64,000 nucleotides of DNA from Laetmonice hystrix (lineage: Eukaryota): the NCBI GenBank assembly GCA_965235115.1, contig OZ249436.1, positions 52,144,001 through 52,208,000 on the forward strand, written 5' to 3'. A program made the position numbers and the translations under genes. Positions 12,701 to 27,700 of this stretch are shown here, piece after piece. Positions within the stretch are counted from its first letter, which is position 1, and each line of letters begins with the position of its first letter. The notes under the pieces are model-generated. The model did not search any database, was not told where the DNA came from, and worked only from the letters and a program-made list of their open reading frames with translations.

Positions 12701-15700
12701 GAACCGCCACGTGCGCTTGCCGTAATCTTCGTCACATTGGCTCCGATCGGGGTGCCCTGGTGGTCAAATTGGGAATTAGTTAACACGTAGCCTATTTTAC
12801 AAAACATTCACAACAGACCATATGACGTGTTGTTGTTTCGTGTGTGTGTGTTCTCTGTTCATTTGGCCCTTCATATGTTAGTTTGAAAGTAACAAACTAA
12901 TAACAACCCTAGACTTTCACCGCATAATATTGCAGACGTAAGCGAAGATAAACACTTGAATTACAAATATTGTACAGACCTCCTTGACTCTGATGACCTG
13001 GCCATTGGCGGACGGGAAGGAGATTCGAGGTGCCTCGTTGTTTCCCTGCAGGTCGTTGATGAAGAGGTTCACCACGGCAGTAGCTGACCTTGTCGGGATA
13101 CCCCGGTCCTCAGCCCGGATCTGCAGCACGTACGGAGCGTCCCGGGCGCTGCCCTCAAGGTCAACACGACTGGTCAGGACGCCCGTCTTCGGGTCGAGCA
13201 GGAAGAGATCTACACGAACAGAGGAGGCATGTGTCACTCGTCATTAGAAGAACAGGTAAACGTTTCCGTGAAATCCTGTTTTAGCCCCGTTTCCGTTTCA
13301 TCTCAGAATATATAATGTAGGCAAAGAACGTCAATATAATAGGTTCTTTGGTGTAGGAGAGGGTACATTGTGCTGCTTCAGCACAAGCCTTGTTTTTAGA
13401 GAAGTGGCGGTGGTTCGCTGCTTTTGGCGTGATACGATCGAGTGTGCACAAGAGTGATTCGATTCCATTGGAATGCCATACTTTTGGAACATTCTAAAAG
13501 TTAACTGGGTTAAGCCTCATGCTTCCAAAGCATCTATCGAGTCCCTGTGTCAAGACTTAAATGGCCTAACCCACCCCTAAATGGGAGTGTCCTATTTTAT
13601 GATAACCAGAAGTGGCAGGCAGTGCATGTTTCATTGACAAATGCTTAGAATTGGTAAAAGTGTTTTAGGCCAAAACGTACACTACCAATTCACACTTTAT
13701 TAAACACACCCATGCATTTCTGCTAATGTTACACACCATCATCATTGCCTTTCTCCAGTATGTAGATGATTTGTCCATTGGTTCCCCCATCCCGATCAGT
13801 GGCCAGAAACTCTCCCAGTGTGGTACCAGCGCGTGTAGTTTCCAATCGCTCAATGTTGTAAACCTTCTGCTGGAAGATTGGTGTGTTATCGTTGCTGTCC
13901 AGTACGGTTACCGTCAGCTGCAGCCAAACAAATCACACTGGTCATATTTATTGTCTAAACTCTGACCAAATAGACAATAGTGGTCGGAAAACATAACTCT
14001 CAACAAGATTACTTCACAACTTCCTGCATTCAATGTGCCAAATATGTGAACCAGGGTTTTATTAGAAAGTTCCACGTTATATGTAAAATGACTCTGCTTC
14101 TGATCAAGTTGACGTTTCACCAGGAACATTTACGGTTGGCCTTTTTTATTGAAACTCGGTGTTCTAAATTGAAGTCTCGCCAAACTAAGTGCACGTATGG
14201 CGTAGCCTTAAAAGGCAGCTTACTGGGACGTCAGTGAAGAGACGGCCTCCTACAACACCTGGATTGTCGGTTGCCTTCACCAACAACGAGTAGCTGGAGG
14301 TTCGCTCACGGTCCAGAGAGCCGTTGTTCGCAACAGTCAGGTAACCCTGCAAATATCAACCGCATTGAGCACTTAACCCCCAAATAACAAAATAACAATC
14401 AAAATAATAATTATCATAAACCCTGTCTCAAAATGTGTCAAAAAAATTAGTTCGTTCACACCCTGATCTCCTGCTAATTTGAGATAAAGTCTACACAGGA
14501 AATTCACCCACCTTTGCCCTGGGTGAAACAGGACACTAAGGATTCCCCTTTTCCCTTTTAACATCCCCCCCACCATACATGCACTGTCCAACTGATAAAG
14601 TCCATGTTTACCGTGACAGGGTTCAAGTAGAAGGTGTTGGAACCGCGACCCGTTAATGAGTAGCGAACTTCCCCGAACCGTCCCGAGTCGGCGTCAGTGG
14701 CCATAACGCCAGTTCGGGCTGGCAACTGGCGGCCTTCCTCCACGCTGAAGCTATAGAACTGTTCACCAGAATCGTGTTCAAGTAAGTAAGGGTTGAAACC
14801 CTTGAAAAGGGTCTCTTGCACATTGGACAGTAGTTTTCAAACGTGTCGGGAACTATTTTGAGGGTTGGAAACTCTGACTTGTTAAATCTTCCACCGTACA
14901 CTGTTTAGTTGGACCTTATTCCAGGGTGACGAAAACTCTCGACCTCAAGGTTGTTGTTAACGTTATAGTTTAAACGAATGATCTACACTCTATAGAAATC
15001 TTATATCACACTCAATATGAAAACCATTTCTTACTCTGAAAAAGCTAACAACACATTGAGAACTCAAGGCTAATTCCTCATATTTTGAAACCTCCAAGAA
15101 GTTTAAGTAGGCCTAACTTGCAAGTGGTTAATAATATAACCCCTTAGAAAGGCAAGTTTTCGTGACGTCTGCCGGACTTACACTCTGAAGGAACTTGGGA
15201 CTGTTGTCATTGATGTCTACCACCTTGACAGCGACTCGAGCAACGGAGGACAGTGGCGGGGACCCAGTACCAGTCACGCGGACCTGGAAACTCAACTCCT
15301 TATTTGGCAGCGTCTCATAATCGACCCTCCGGTTCAAGGACACCTGGCCAGTCTGGCGGTCGACCCGGAAGTAGTTCATAACGTCCGTTCCTCGGACCTT
15401 CTCGTAGTTGTTGGCGGGGCGGTTGGTGTTAGGGTCAATGGCTCTGAATGTGGTGATGACCCGACCTACCGCCTCCTCCTCAGGGATGGTTAATGGGATC
15501 TGCGGGTTAGTCTCCGACCATGGTGGGTTGAACCGCTGCCGGTTGTCAACCGAACTCCGGATGTTCACTATTACCGTCGCTTCAAAATAAGAGAGAAAGT
15601 TGTACTTCTTAAACAAAGGAAAACAACATTAATAAGTAAAATACAGATCATGCAGTTTCATACTGCCCAAAGCCCAAATATCAGAATATTTGCACAATAA

Positions 15701-18700
15701 CCATATTCTTAAATTATTTATTAGAATTCGCGAACACAGCGGCATACGTTCAAAACTATGCCATACCACCTCCTTCCCTAAGAGTCCGAAAGATGACTTA
15801 CCTGTGGCCGTCTGGACAGAGGGGACCTGTGCCTGTGTGTCCCGCACTTCGGCAATAAAGCTGATCTGACTAACTTTGTCACGGGAAACCTGTCTTTGTG
15901 TTCTCACTTCACCTGACTGTCCATTCACCAGGAAGGCATTCTGGAGAGGTCAACAATTGGCAGCAACTTAGACAACTGACTTACGGCTTTCATTAGAGGA
16001 TCAGCCAACTCTGTAATCGATGACAGTTATAAAGGCCAGCTTGGGGCCGTCCGGGACCGGACGCTAAAAAGGCAAATCAAAATCAGAAAGTCATCTTCAC
16101 TAAGGTGATGTCAAATTTAAGGTAATAAATTCCACCCTGCGAGGTGCTGCCCCCTCCCCCTCCAGTCCAGATTTAACGCAGACCCCCCGCCCCCTCCTAC
16201 TCACCCTGTATGATAACTGCTCCCCCGGCGGGACGTTTTGTCCGTCCCGGTCCTTGGCGACTACTGTGCTTGGCCTCATGCTGTACTGGAGGCGACTCGA
16301 TGTATCCGGGTCGTTTGCGAGCAGACGAAGCACAAGCGTTCCCGATGGCTCATCTGACAGGGACACGAAAACAGCAAGCTTTCATGTCGATATGGCACAA
16401 CCAGAAGCAAAGTAAGATATGCTTTCTTGTGAGAACAGAGGATCTAACCATCTAAAGGAAGACTTGTAATCACGCCTGTTCACCCTCTTCTGGGGGTACA
16501 CTGGTAGGTTACACGCCTGTCACCACCAAAGCTACCGGTTTAAGCAAGGCAGCTTAAATGTGTGGCAATCAGCCAATCAGAAATGTTAAGCTTAAACTTA
16601 AGTAAGATGTCTTAGTATCACAAACCGGGCCCACTTACTCTCTGTAAGGAAGGCGACGTAGATGTTCTGTAGGAATCGTGGCGGCTGGTTGTTGGCGTCG
16701 GTGACGGTGACGATGACTTGGGAGGTGCCCGTCCTCTGGGGACTACCGCCGTCCACAGCATACACCTGGCCATGTGGGAGACAGCCTTTAATTAATGCTC
16801 TCCGCGAGGGCCGACCTTTCAAAACTGAAGTCTTTGTTTAAGCGAGAACTTATGTTTTTAAAAAGACGTCTGTGTGACGACCGTTTGGTGGCAGGTCTAA
16901 ATGAGATTCTACATGCAGCAAAGACTTGATCAGTTTCTTGAACTACCACGTCGTCACGAAAGACGTCGTTTGGCCAACAACGCGCGCTCATTAAAGTATT
17001 TTGCATGAAATTATCAACAAACTCTACAACAAAATGATGATGACTACATGCCTGGATATCGACTATGCATCATTCTATCAAACGTTTTTCTTATCATTCT
17101 AACAAGACATTTTCTACATTGTAGACGGGGAGGCATACTCACGATCATGTTGTATGTAGATCCACCAACACCTGTATCCAAGGCTGACGGTCTCGACACA
17201 GTGATTAGGCCAGTCTGACTGTTGATGACAAAGTTATCCAGACTTCCACTTCGAATCATGTACGTCACACGTCCATTCTGACCAGAGTCCCTGTCAGTTG
17301 CTTGCACGGTCACGACACTCGTACCTGGATTTACAACGGGTAAGATCATTGTTATATTTAGACATGGCCGAGAGCGAACGAAACTCTCCTATTGTATGAC
17401 GTAAGAAAAAACGGGTGTGCTACATTACGAGTATTGGATCACTCCGTGGATAAATTCAAACGCCCTAAGAATAGTGAAACTGGACGCGATTTTTCAAAAC
17501 TTAGGTTCTTGGTTAATTAAGTTTTTTTTGCTTCTGATTGGTTGTTCTGTGCAGACCAGTCAATCCGAAGCGTTAAGCTCTATCTTAAGCAGAACTAAAA
17601 TTTTGAAAAGGCCCTCACCTGGGAATGCGACCTCGGACACCGTGGTTGTGTAGACGGCCCGTGTAAACTGGGGACTGAAACTGTTCACATCCTGCAAGTA
17701 CAGAAACTTGGACTCAACAACGGATGACCGACAAACTGATGGCCGCAGGGTCCATCTCAAAAATATCTTTGTAAGGATATTCTGACTGAACTCGGTGAAA
17801 TATAAACTATTGTAATGGTTTACAAAGACCACTGACACTGATGGAGATGATGACAGGAACTGTTGTAGTCTGAGGGGGATTGCCAGAGTCTGATGCCTCC
17901 ACTACCAAACGGAACCTGTTCAAACAGAAACTAACCAGCTCAGAAACACGACTCGAAACAACAAGTAACTTACAAGGAACGACAAAGGACGAAACAATAT
18001 CTGACCTCCTAGCTAGGTGATCAACTACCACTACCTGATTGCGGTGTCTGTGATTCCGATTATAAATACCGTTTTGTGATTCTAACTGCGTCATTTATTA
18101 ACTTGATGAGATTGAGGTGGTAGAATGTGTGAAGTGATATACTGACACACCACCGGCTGACTCCTCAAAGCGCACAGGTCTGCGGAGGGACAGACGCCCG
18201 GTATTACGTTCAATCTGGAACGCTGCGTCTGGAGTATTGCCGCTTACAATACGGTACGTCACAGTGCCGCCTGTCTGTTCCCGATCCTCAGCCTGTACAG
18301 GGTGTATCAAAAACCGAAACGCAGATGTAACAGTAGAATATGTTAAGGCTACAAATTTTTTTCGAATACGAGAGATATTATGATCATGTAAGGCTCATAA
18401 TATGATAATAATTGCCAAGTATACTCTACGGAATTTCGATCTTTATTGAAGAGGCCAAAGTCCAACAAATAAGAATTGGTCTTTAGGTTCTAAAATTCAA
18501 GAACATGTCAGTACGGCTTTACGGGAACATAAACGCCATTCTGGTAAGTATCACAAACCCTTCAAACCTGTGTTAATTCTACCGTTTATGACTTGGTGGA
18601 CTCACCCTGATGTCAGTCAGATAGGTACCAGAGCCGCTACCTTCTGATAGAGACACTTGATACCGGTCCCGACCAAACACAGGACCCTGCTCGTTAAAGT

Positions 18701-21700
18701 TGAGTACGCTGACCCTGAACGGCACGGTCTTCGTCTTGCCGCCAAGATCACGTGCTTCAAACTGCAGCTCGATCAGCGACTGGCGCTCAAAGTCCAACTT
18801 CCGGGCCAAACGAATCTCCCCTGTTACTTCATCAACTACAAACCTTCAGAAGCAGAGAAAGATCTTGAAAAAACAATTTGGGAACTTTCCTTACCGTATT
18901 TTTAAGTGGTGTAAACGCAACATCTTCAACATGTGCAAATGAATAAACAAGTGTGAATGAAAACACTTCTGGAAAAACTAAATAATGAGTAAATCTAATT
19001 TCTTATCTGACACGGTATTCGTTAATTATAGAGGAATATATCATCTGCATAGACTGAATCTATGGTGAATAGGAATCCCCTCTGTACACAGTAAACAAGA
19101 TATAGAAAAACAATAACTTTTTGAGATCCACAAAGTAGGCCTAGTCCGAACGGTACACATTGAGCTCCTGTGGCAACTCACTGGCATGATGACGTTAACC
19201 AGCTAAACACCAGGATCCAGTTTTTCAAAAGTTAAGTTCTTGCTTAAAATTTAGCTTAACGCCTCTTACTGACGTGTTAAGCTGAAGCTTAAACAACAAC
19301 TTTTGAAAACCAGGCCGGTATCGCAGCCTAAGAGCAGCGAAACAGGTCACATAGGCGGGGAAAACCAGGCTGTCCTGGATGTAGCACACTGACAGAGACA
19401 ACATAGACAGAAAGAACAGGACGAACACATAAAGAGGCAAGAGTAAGATAGCCAGGCACCTAGCTCTACTGGTAAACTCCCCCGCTTCGGTGGTTAGCTC
19501 TGCTACTTCGTGTTTCCCTAGCAACGCATCCTTTACAGTTTATGTCTTTGGGACAAAATAAGAAAAATTCGGAATAGACGGTCTGGATGTCAACCAACAC
19601 GATTTGAGTCACTGAATCACTTTGCCACAGCCACTTTGTATCATGAAAGAGAACATAGAAAAGGAGGAAGGAGACAGCGCGGCGGAAGGGCGGCATCAAA
19701 AATTCACGAGGCGTGGGCCTGCAGCGACACACGAAGCCTTCTAGTTTTCAGCAGAGCAGGGGATCTTGCTTCGTCTCAATGAATGTTGGTATAACTGAAC
19801 AATAATAAGCATGGGCTGTCAAGTCTATTGAACTGCGCCCATATAAACTGCACATGGATATAAATAGCATGAACCGACTTGTTCAAGCACTAAGTAGCAC
19901 ACTCAAGCTGCAACTGACGAAGAGCTGAAAGTATATGCCTGCATGGGTCAAGGTAGTATTTACCACGTCGGCCCTAGTCTGAAAAATGTAATCACAATAT
20001 TTGACTTCACTGGTAAGATGGATAACGTCCCGGTACAACCTCTGTGTGTGCAGTCATCAGTCCAGTTTTGTTCGGTATCAGCCAAAATGTGACTAAAGTG
20101 ACAAATTACATGACTGTGCCTACACATTTGAAGTCATCGTTATTCATGAAAGTATAGGTAGATTCATTTCAATTCCCAACATAACTGATATTATAATACT
20201 CTGCAACATTATGTAGAAAAAGTGCTGCAAACAACCAATTTAGATTGAACGGAAGAAAAGAGTGTAAAAGGAACCTTACCGGTCACCACTAGTTCCCAGA
20301 AGTCTGTACCGGACGGTGCCAAAGTCACCACTGTCAGAATCAGTTGCCTGCCAAGAAGAAGATGATGCATTAAACTTAACTTTTATCTTTTAAAATACAA
20401 GCTTGTGGTGACGTGGTCCCTTTCGAGCTGTCCGACCTTCTTAGGTTGGCGAAGTCGCCATAAAAGCTTATTACAAATAACCATTTGCTTCTGCAAATCG
20501 AACATGTGTCAGTCGAACCAGACGGCAATATTTGGCAAAAAGCAGTTCGGAGACACAATTTGTGAATCCGTTTCAAACGATAAGTAGGAAGGTTAAGTGT
20601 CTAGGTATGCATGATGTGCTTACAGTGATGGTGGTGATGAGGTCGCCGGGCCGTCTATCCTCTCGAACCGACACGGCATATCGTGTCTGACTGAAGAAAG
20701 GCTCGTTGTCATTGGTGTCCCTTAGGTTTACAGTCACTGTGGCCGTCGATGACCTCTGGGTCACAGTCTTCGTCTCCCTGGCAACCACCTTAGTAGCAAA
20801 GCAGAAAATTCAGTCACAATTAATATGCCATTTTACGGGCCAGAAGGGAAGCGATCTGTGAGAGATAGGCCTACATAGACAAGAAACACAAATTGTAGGC
20901 CTTTCCGACTGCAGGACAAATCTACATAACAGGTTCCCAATTTATGTGGTCCGAGATGATGATGGCAATATCTACAGTCTGTAAAGCAATGTAGGCCCCT
21001 ATTTATGGGGTGCCAAGTGTTACCTTTATAATTTTGTATACGGAATTCTTTTTCGTAAACGAAATTATATTTTCGTACACGGAATTCTTTTTCGTAAACG
21101 AAATTATAATTTCGTAGACCCATTTCGTATACGGAATGACATTTCGTCTACGCAATAATCAATTTCGTCAACGAAATTCACTTTCGTCTCAATGGCATTT
21201 AGTACACGAAATGGACATGGTGGAGACGAAATTCCATTCTGTATACAGAATGGATTATGGTAGAGACGAAATATCACTTAGTAGACAAAATTTATTTTAT
21301 GGGCACGAAAGTCAATTCCGTGGACAGAATTGATTATTATGTAGACGAAATTGAATTTCGTACACGAAATTCCATTCTGTATACGGAATAGAATTGTTGA
21401 GGAGAAATTATACTTAAAGGGGCATATTATCAGGAAACGTGAAATATCGTTATTTCAAAGAACTTTTGCTGTTTTCATAAAGAGATCCTTCATTGAAATT
21501 GCTTGGTAAACAAAGACAGGCTTATCAGTTTCATTTTGCGTGAGAAATCGAAGTTTATCAAGCTCCCTTGCTGGCCATCTGGAAAAACGGCTTCGCCCAT
21601 TGTTTGCACGTGGCTTTTTTGACACACGTGACATGCAGAACCCTCGCGCATGCTCAGACGGTTTGTTTTGAAGCGCTTCACATGGCTACGAACGGTAGTA

Positions 21701-24700
21701 TGAAAATACACGGGTTGATGAGAGGTTGTCTACCAAATTATGGCGGGAGATGTGCTATCGGGAGAAATCTATATGTTTGGTCGTATAGAACCTACTTGTG
21801 CCGCATACGCAGCAAAAACACGTCAGAGGACAAAATGCTGTGGTAGGATTATTTACTTAGATTCCTAGTAAACGGGCCTGTTGGATAATTGCCGGAAATC
21901 TTCCAAAACGTGTTCCATAGCATGCCCCTTTAACAGAAGGAGCAAAATGTGCCATTATTCTCGTAGACGGAATGGATGTACGAAATAGAATAGAATTTCG
22001 TACACGAAATGAATACTATGGAGACGGAATTTTTCGTGGAGAAAATGGATGATTGTTGAGACGAAAGTGAATTTCGTTGACGGAATTGATTTTTGTGTAG
22101 ACGAATTTCGGAAATGTCATTTTGTTTATGAAAAAGAATTTCGTTTACGAAATTATAATTTCGTTTACGAAAAAGAATTTCGTGTATGAAATTATAATTT
22201 TATTTACAAAAAAGAATTTTGTGTTCGTGACACGTAATGGATATTGTGGAGAGGAAAATCATTCTCGGAGACAGAATGGATGTACTGTGGAGACAAAATA
22301 GGATTTCGTACACGAAATGAATTACTATGGAGACGGAATTCCATTTCGTAGACAAAATGGATGATTGTTCAGACGAAAGTGAATTTCGTTGACGGAATTG
22401 ATTTTTGTGTAGACGAAATGTCATTTCCTTTACAAAGAAGAATTTCGTGTACGAAATTATAATTTCGTTTACAAAAAAGAATTTCGTGTACGAAAGTATA
22501 ATTTTGTTTACGAAAAAGAATATCGTGTTCGTGACACGTAATGGATATTGTGGAAACGAAAATCATTCTCGGAGACAGAATGGATGTACTTTGGAGACAA
22601 AATAGAATTTCGTACATGAAATGAATACTATGGAGACGGAATTCCCTTTCGTAGACAAAATGGATGATTGTTGAGACGAAAGTGAATTTCATTGACGGAA
22701 TTGATTTTTGTGTAGACAAAATGTCATTCCGTAGGCCTATACAAAATGGATATTACGTCTACGAAATTATAATTTCGTTTACGAAAAAGAATTCGTGTAC
22801 GAAATTATAATTTCGTTTACTTCGTTTACGAAAAAGAATTTCGTGTACGAAATTATAAAGGTAACACTTGACACCCCATACTATGACCCATACAGCAGTG
22901 CCCCTTCCTTGTTTAATGACCCATCCAGGCATACACAGTACAGCTTCCCGCGGAGCCTACCTCAAATATCTGACGGCGGTAGCGCCCGTCCTCATAGTCC
23001 ATGGCACGTGGGTTCTGCACGGCGAGGGACACAGCGCACGACCCAGTGCATGTGGAAGGGGAGACAGAGAAAGATCCCCACTGGTCTTTCTGAAGCTGGA
23101 GACTAAACTCCGAGTTGCTGCCCTGTAAGCGACGTTGGCAAAATGTTAGCTAGGACAAGCAAAACTTCAATAATTTCTATACTTCTAAAACTTAATCACA
23201 AGATGTAACTTTGGTTTTTACTTCGATAAATTTCTCTAAAAAGGTGATCATTGTACAATTTTGTTTAATAAAATAGATTCAATGTGACTGTCTTTATCAA
23301 AGACAAAATAACATAGTTGTTTATAACTGAGTGTAAACTTTCATTATCATATAAGTAAAGGATACACATGACAGAACTTTTAGAACATCCTCCTCAGCAG
23401 GTATAATCTGACGATTTCATTCTTTCAGAACATGTTCCTCGACCAAGCCGCCGTGTACTAACCAGATCGGGGTCCTGGACCACCATGTCCAGACCCGGCA
23501 GCGGGGACAGCTGACCAAGGCCTTCCAGTACAGTAATTTCGTATGACCTTTTGTTGAACTGGGGCCCATTGTCGTTGTAATCGGCCACATTTACAAACAC
23601 TGTGGTCCGGGCCTTTGAAGTGGTCTCGGCACCTTGGCCATCCAGCTCCACTGCCTGTGAAATACGTTAACACGTGTATACTGTGAAAATTGTCTTAACA
23701 AGCCAGTGATTACCAACCCAAAGGTGAATTGCATGGGAACAAATTTTCTTATTCTGCCTGCTCCCAACATACGTGTAAGCATTCCAGTACAGAACAGTCG
23801 GAACCTTCGTCATTTAGCGTGTTTTATAGGGAGTAGAGGCTTTAGAAAAGGGGAGGCACGAACAAAATAAAAAATGAGACAATCCACAGAAACAGCTTTC
23901 CCTGCTCTGCTGGCCTCGTTCTAAAAATATTTCAGACCGATTTAGATCAGATAGACCTGTACAACTCACTTATATGGGAGGATCTGTATATCTAAGTAAT
24001 GTCGGTGAGTTGCATTCAACCGCTCAGTCTCACCTCAACATCAAACTTGTAGACGCTGGGGATGGCCTCCCGGTTCAGATTTCCGTTGGAGTAGATTGGG
24101 ACGACGTACCACCTATTGTTGGTATCCACTTCAGGCAATCCAAGCCGGAACCAACCCAGGCCATCTGACAGTAACAAACGAAGCTACTCCGGTGACCTCT
24201 TACAAAGTATCAAAATCTCATGAAACTAGAAGCACGAAATATTTGAAAGAAATGAAAATATTTTCTATTGCATATTTTTGCCCCCCCCCCTATTTGTTTC
24301 TTCTGAATATCTGCGAAAGGGCCATTGCAGGAGTCTGAACAACATATCACCTATATGAAAGAGAGCCATGTAATGCACAAAAAATATCCCGACAGAATTC
24401 TCTGAAACAGAATCAACAGACTTCACTCATAGTATCAGACATGCTATGGGAAATCTAGGCTGCTATAGTTTTCTGTGTATAAGCCGCATAGTAGAAGACC
24501 AAGTCCCCAGAAGACGGGGAGGCAGGCGCAGAGCCAAAGGGAAACCAATGGGACTGTTACCTCCCAGTCTTAGAAATATTTAACAATTCTTAAAAACTTG
24601 AACCGCTTGGATGTTTTTTTCAGAATAATGCATTTCAGGCTACCATATGCTATGTTTACCAGCAGACTTATTGTACTTGCATGATTTCATATTAAACAAG

Positions 24701-27700
24701 TGTTCACATACCCAGTATGTCTCATGACAGCAATACGAAACGACCTGTCTGTTTGAAAAGGGTGCTATATACATGTATACCGGCGGACAAGATCGTGCAT
24801 GTTTAATACAACCTACTCTACTCACATTACCACGAATATAGCAAGGACATAATGTGCCATGATTTTCAATAATTAATTTTCATTGTTTATTTTATCGATA
24901 TACTTAGGACAAGAAACAGGTTAGGCTGTTTGTTTCTCGCACATTGTATACGAGAACGACTAAGGCTCTGTGCCTCCCTGTACCATCACAACAAGGGAGT
25001 GAATTTGATTCGGCTTTCAATTCAGCAGATGAATACTGAACAGTTTCCATACGCGAGTTTGTGGCTTATACACAGAAAGGTTTGGCTCAGCCCGTCTTAG
25101 TATGCAACACCGGAGCCCAGAACAACTCTGAATATAGGCGCCCACTTCCTGCAACCGTCTCGACTTGTTTCCCTCCATTCTTTTTAGTTTCATCCGAGTA
25201 AGTTTTGACAGAGGTAAGACACGGTAAATCGATAGAAACCATTCCGTTAATCTTCCACACCATTTTAATAATGATTCATTATCCACAGCATGTGCCTTTT
25301 GTCGAGCATTTGGATCATCCACCAAAGCAGACTCAGTGTTCCTGGTTGTCAATCAGTTGGTGTCAGCTAAATAATAAGTAGAATTTCTCTTCGACCAGAC
25401 AAAGGAAAGGAATGTAACCCCCCCCCCCTCGAGAAACACACACACACGAAATATCTCAAAACGGGCAGTCGTCAGTGGTCTGAACTTGTCGGTTCTAGTG
25501 ATAAAGGCACTATTTTAGGTCCTGGTTTTCTTTGAATTTTGAGCTTTAGATTACGTATGTGAAAGTGAATTGTATTGCAAGAAAATATACTGCAACGTAT
25601 TAATAAAGATGACGGCTACGAATAATGCCTTGGTTGCTTTTTTCTGTTTTTGTTTTTTCGGGGGGGGGGGGGGGCTATAGATTTCCTCAGTTTGACCCAG
25701 GGGTGGCGGAGTCAAGGAGGGACGGTGATCCAGCCTACCCTCCCGGTCATAGTGAGTGGGCACTAGATTCAAATACTAGAGGCAGGGGAGGACATATTAT
25801 AGGTAAAGAAACAGAGGGGGTAGAGCTAGGCGACCGACATTTTTGTTCCGCCATCCCTGTCTAAGGTGGACTAAAACAGGACGATGGTATCGTTACACAA
25901 GGTTTTCATTGGTTTAAAGCGTCAAACAAACTGGCACCAGGCAATCTGGAAAGTACGCGGAGAAAGCAGTAAGATTTGGGATATTACCAGGTCAGCCTGT
26001 AAAATCATCAGGTCACACAATATACGACTAACTCGTATCTACACTCCCATGACCATCACCGGTCAGCCAAATTTGGAATCTAACGCCATGTACAGTCATT
26101 ATTTCTATATCTTTACTGACACCTGTTAGTTAGACCTCTTTAATTTCTCAGGGAGAAATACTAAGCTTGATTTGTAGATGAGTGTGTAATTGCATTTAAT
26201 TAAGTTTTGTCTGTACATGATGGTTAGAGTCCAAAACTGGCAGTTGTCCACTACTGAGTGTATGTAATAGGGCTTCCATCGAACCTCCAATACCTTATAT
26301 TCACTGGTTGTTTTCAAATTGATATCCTTCTAAAGTAGAGCATTGACTGACCATGGCATAAACCTTTGACGTTGTACGTCGAGCGTTTGGAAAATTTCAT
26401 GTACAAACCTTGTACTTGCATTGCAAGCTGGTGTTATATTTTTGTGACTTTTTTCAATGTACTCTAGCACTGTAGAAATTAATAGACTAGGCCTAGCCAT
26501 TTTTGAAAGTCCTATGAAACTGCTATATGTAACTACTGCCTGTATAACAGGTTTTCCTCCAACCATTTTTGTTGACACGTTCTCACCAGCACTGATTCAC
26601 AGCCGGTGTTGTGTGGCTCCTTTGGTGTGAGAAACACCTCAACCTATCTCTAGAGAGTTATCTACTGAATAACCAGTTACCACCAGTGAATATTGTAGCG
26701 GTAAGAAAGCACCGATGGACAGCCCTAAAACTGTAAGAGAAGCGACACCATCTTTCGCAGACCCGATGGGACCCTCAGCCTTAGATGACCTGCAGAACTC
26801 GAGGACAAAGAGAACTTTCACGACTTTTTCAAACTCACCATTCTCAAGAATACGCTCCCCTCCTAAAACAAGAGAAAAATTAAGCTAACCCCCGAAAAAT
26901 CTCAGACTCATAAATGAACTACCGTCTCTGGACACTGCAAGGACTTACAAGACTTCTGGAGGCATGAATAAGGTTAACTACCGGATACCAAGGAACATTG
27001 CTGGCAGAAGGTGATGGGGTCTTTAAGGAAAGAGTGAGTTAGTCTGAGATATTTCAGGACAAGCCAACACGGCCGGAGGTATTTCAGCGTAAGCCAACAC
27101 GGTAACAAGGTAGCCTAACGAACATCTACTCAGGTGATCAGTCACTTTAAAAAGTTTTCCATAAAATGATGAAGCAAAAAAGGGAACGTCATATTACGTC
27201 AAGCTAATGAGCTCATCCCAAGGATACTGGCCCATGCTACCTGATTTCGTGGGCTCAGAACGTGTGATCCGTTATGTAGACTGCGATGGAAGCATCATGT
27301 GAGATTTTAATTGGCACCTTCAAGGTCATACAACTGTCAAACAGATCTAATTGTTTCGTAGGGACCTCACCAAAACTGGCGGCAGACTCATTTTAAAAAC
27401 AACCTAGATCAGACACACCAACGTGGCATTCCTGGAAGCAAGACATAATTGAGACCAATTGGATTACAACATCAACTTCCTATACTATGCTAGGATCCAG
27501 GGACAACAAACTTCCCTACCTTCGCCTTGAACTATCTTGACGCGAAGCGGCCTTGTGGCCCCACGACCTCCATCGTGTACATGTAATTCTCCAACCTTGG
27601 TGTCCTGCAAAAAAAAACCAACCCCGATCTTGCTATCAGCAACCGCATTTCATACACCACTTCTAGGTTTTTGCGAGGGTCGCATGTTACACTTAAATAA

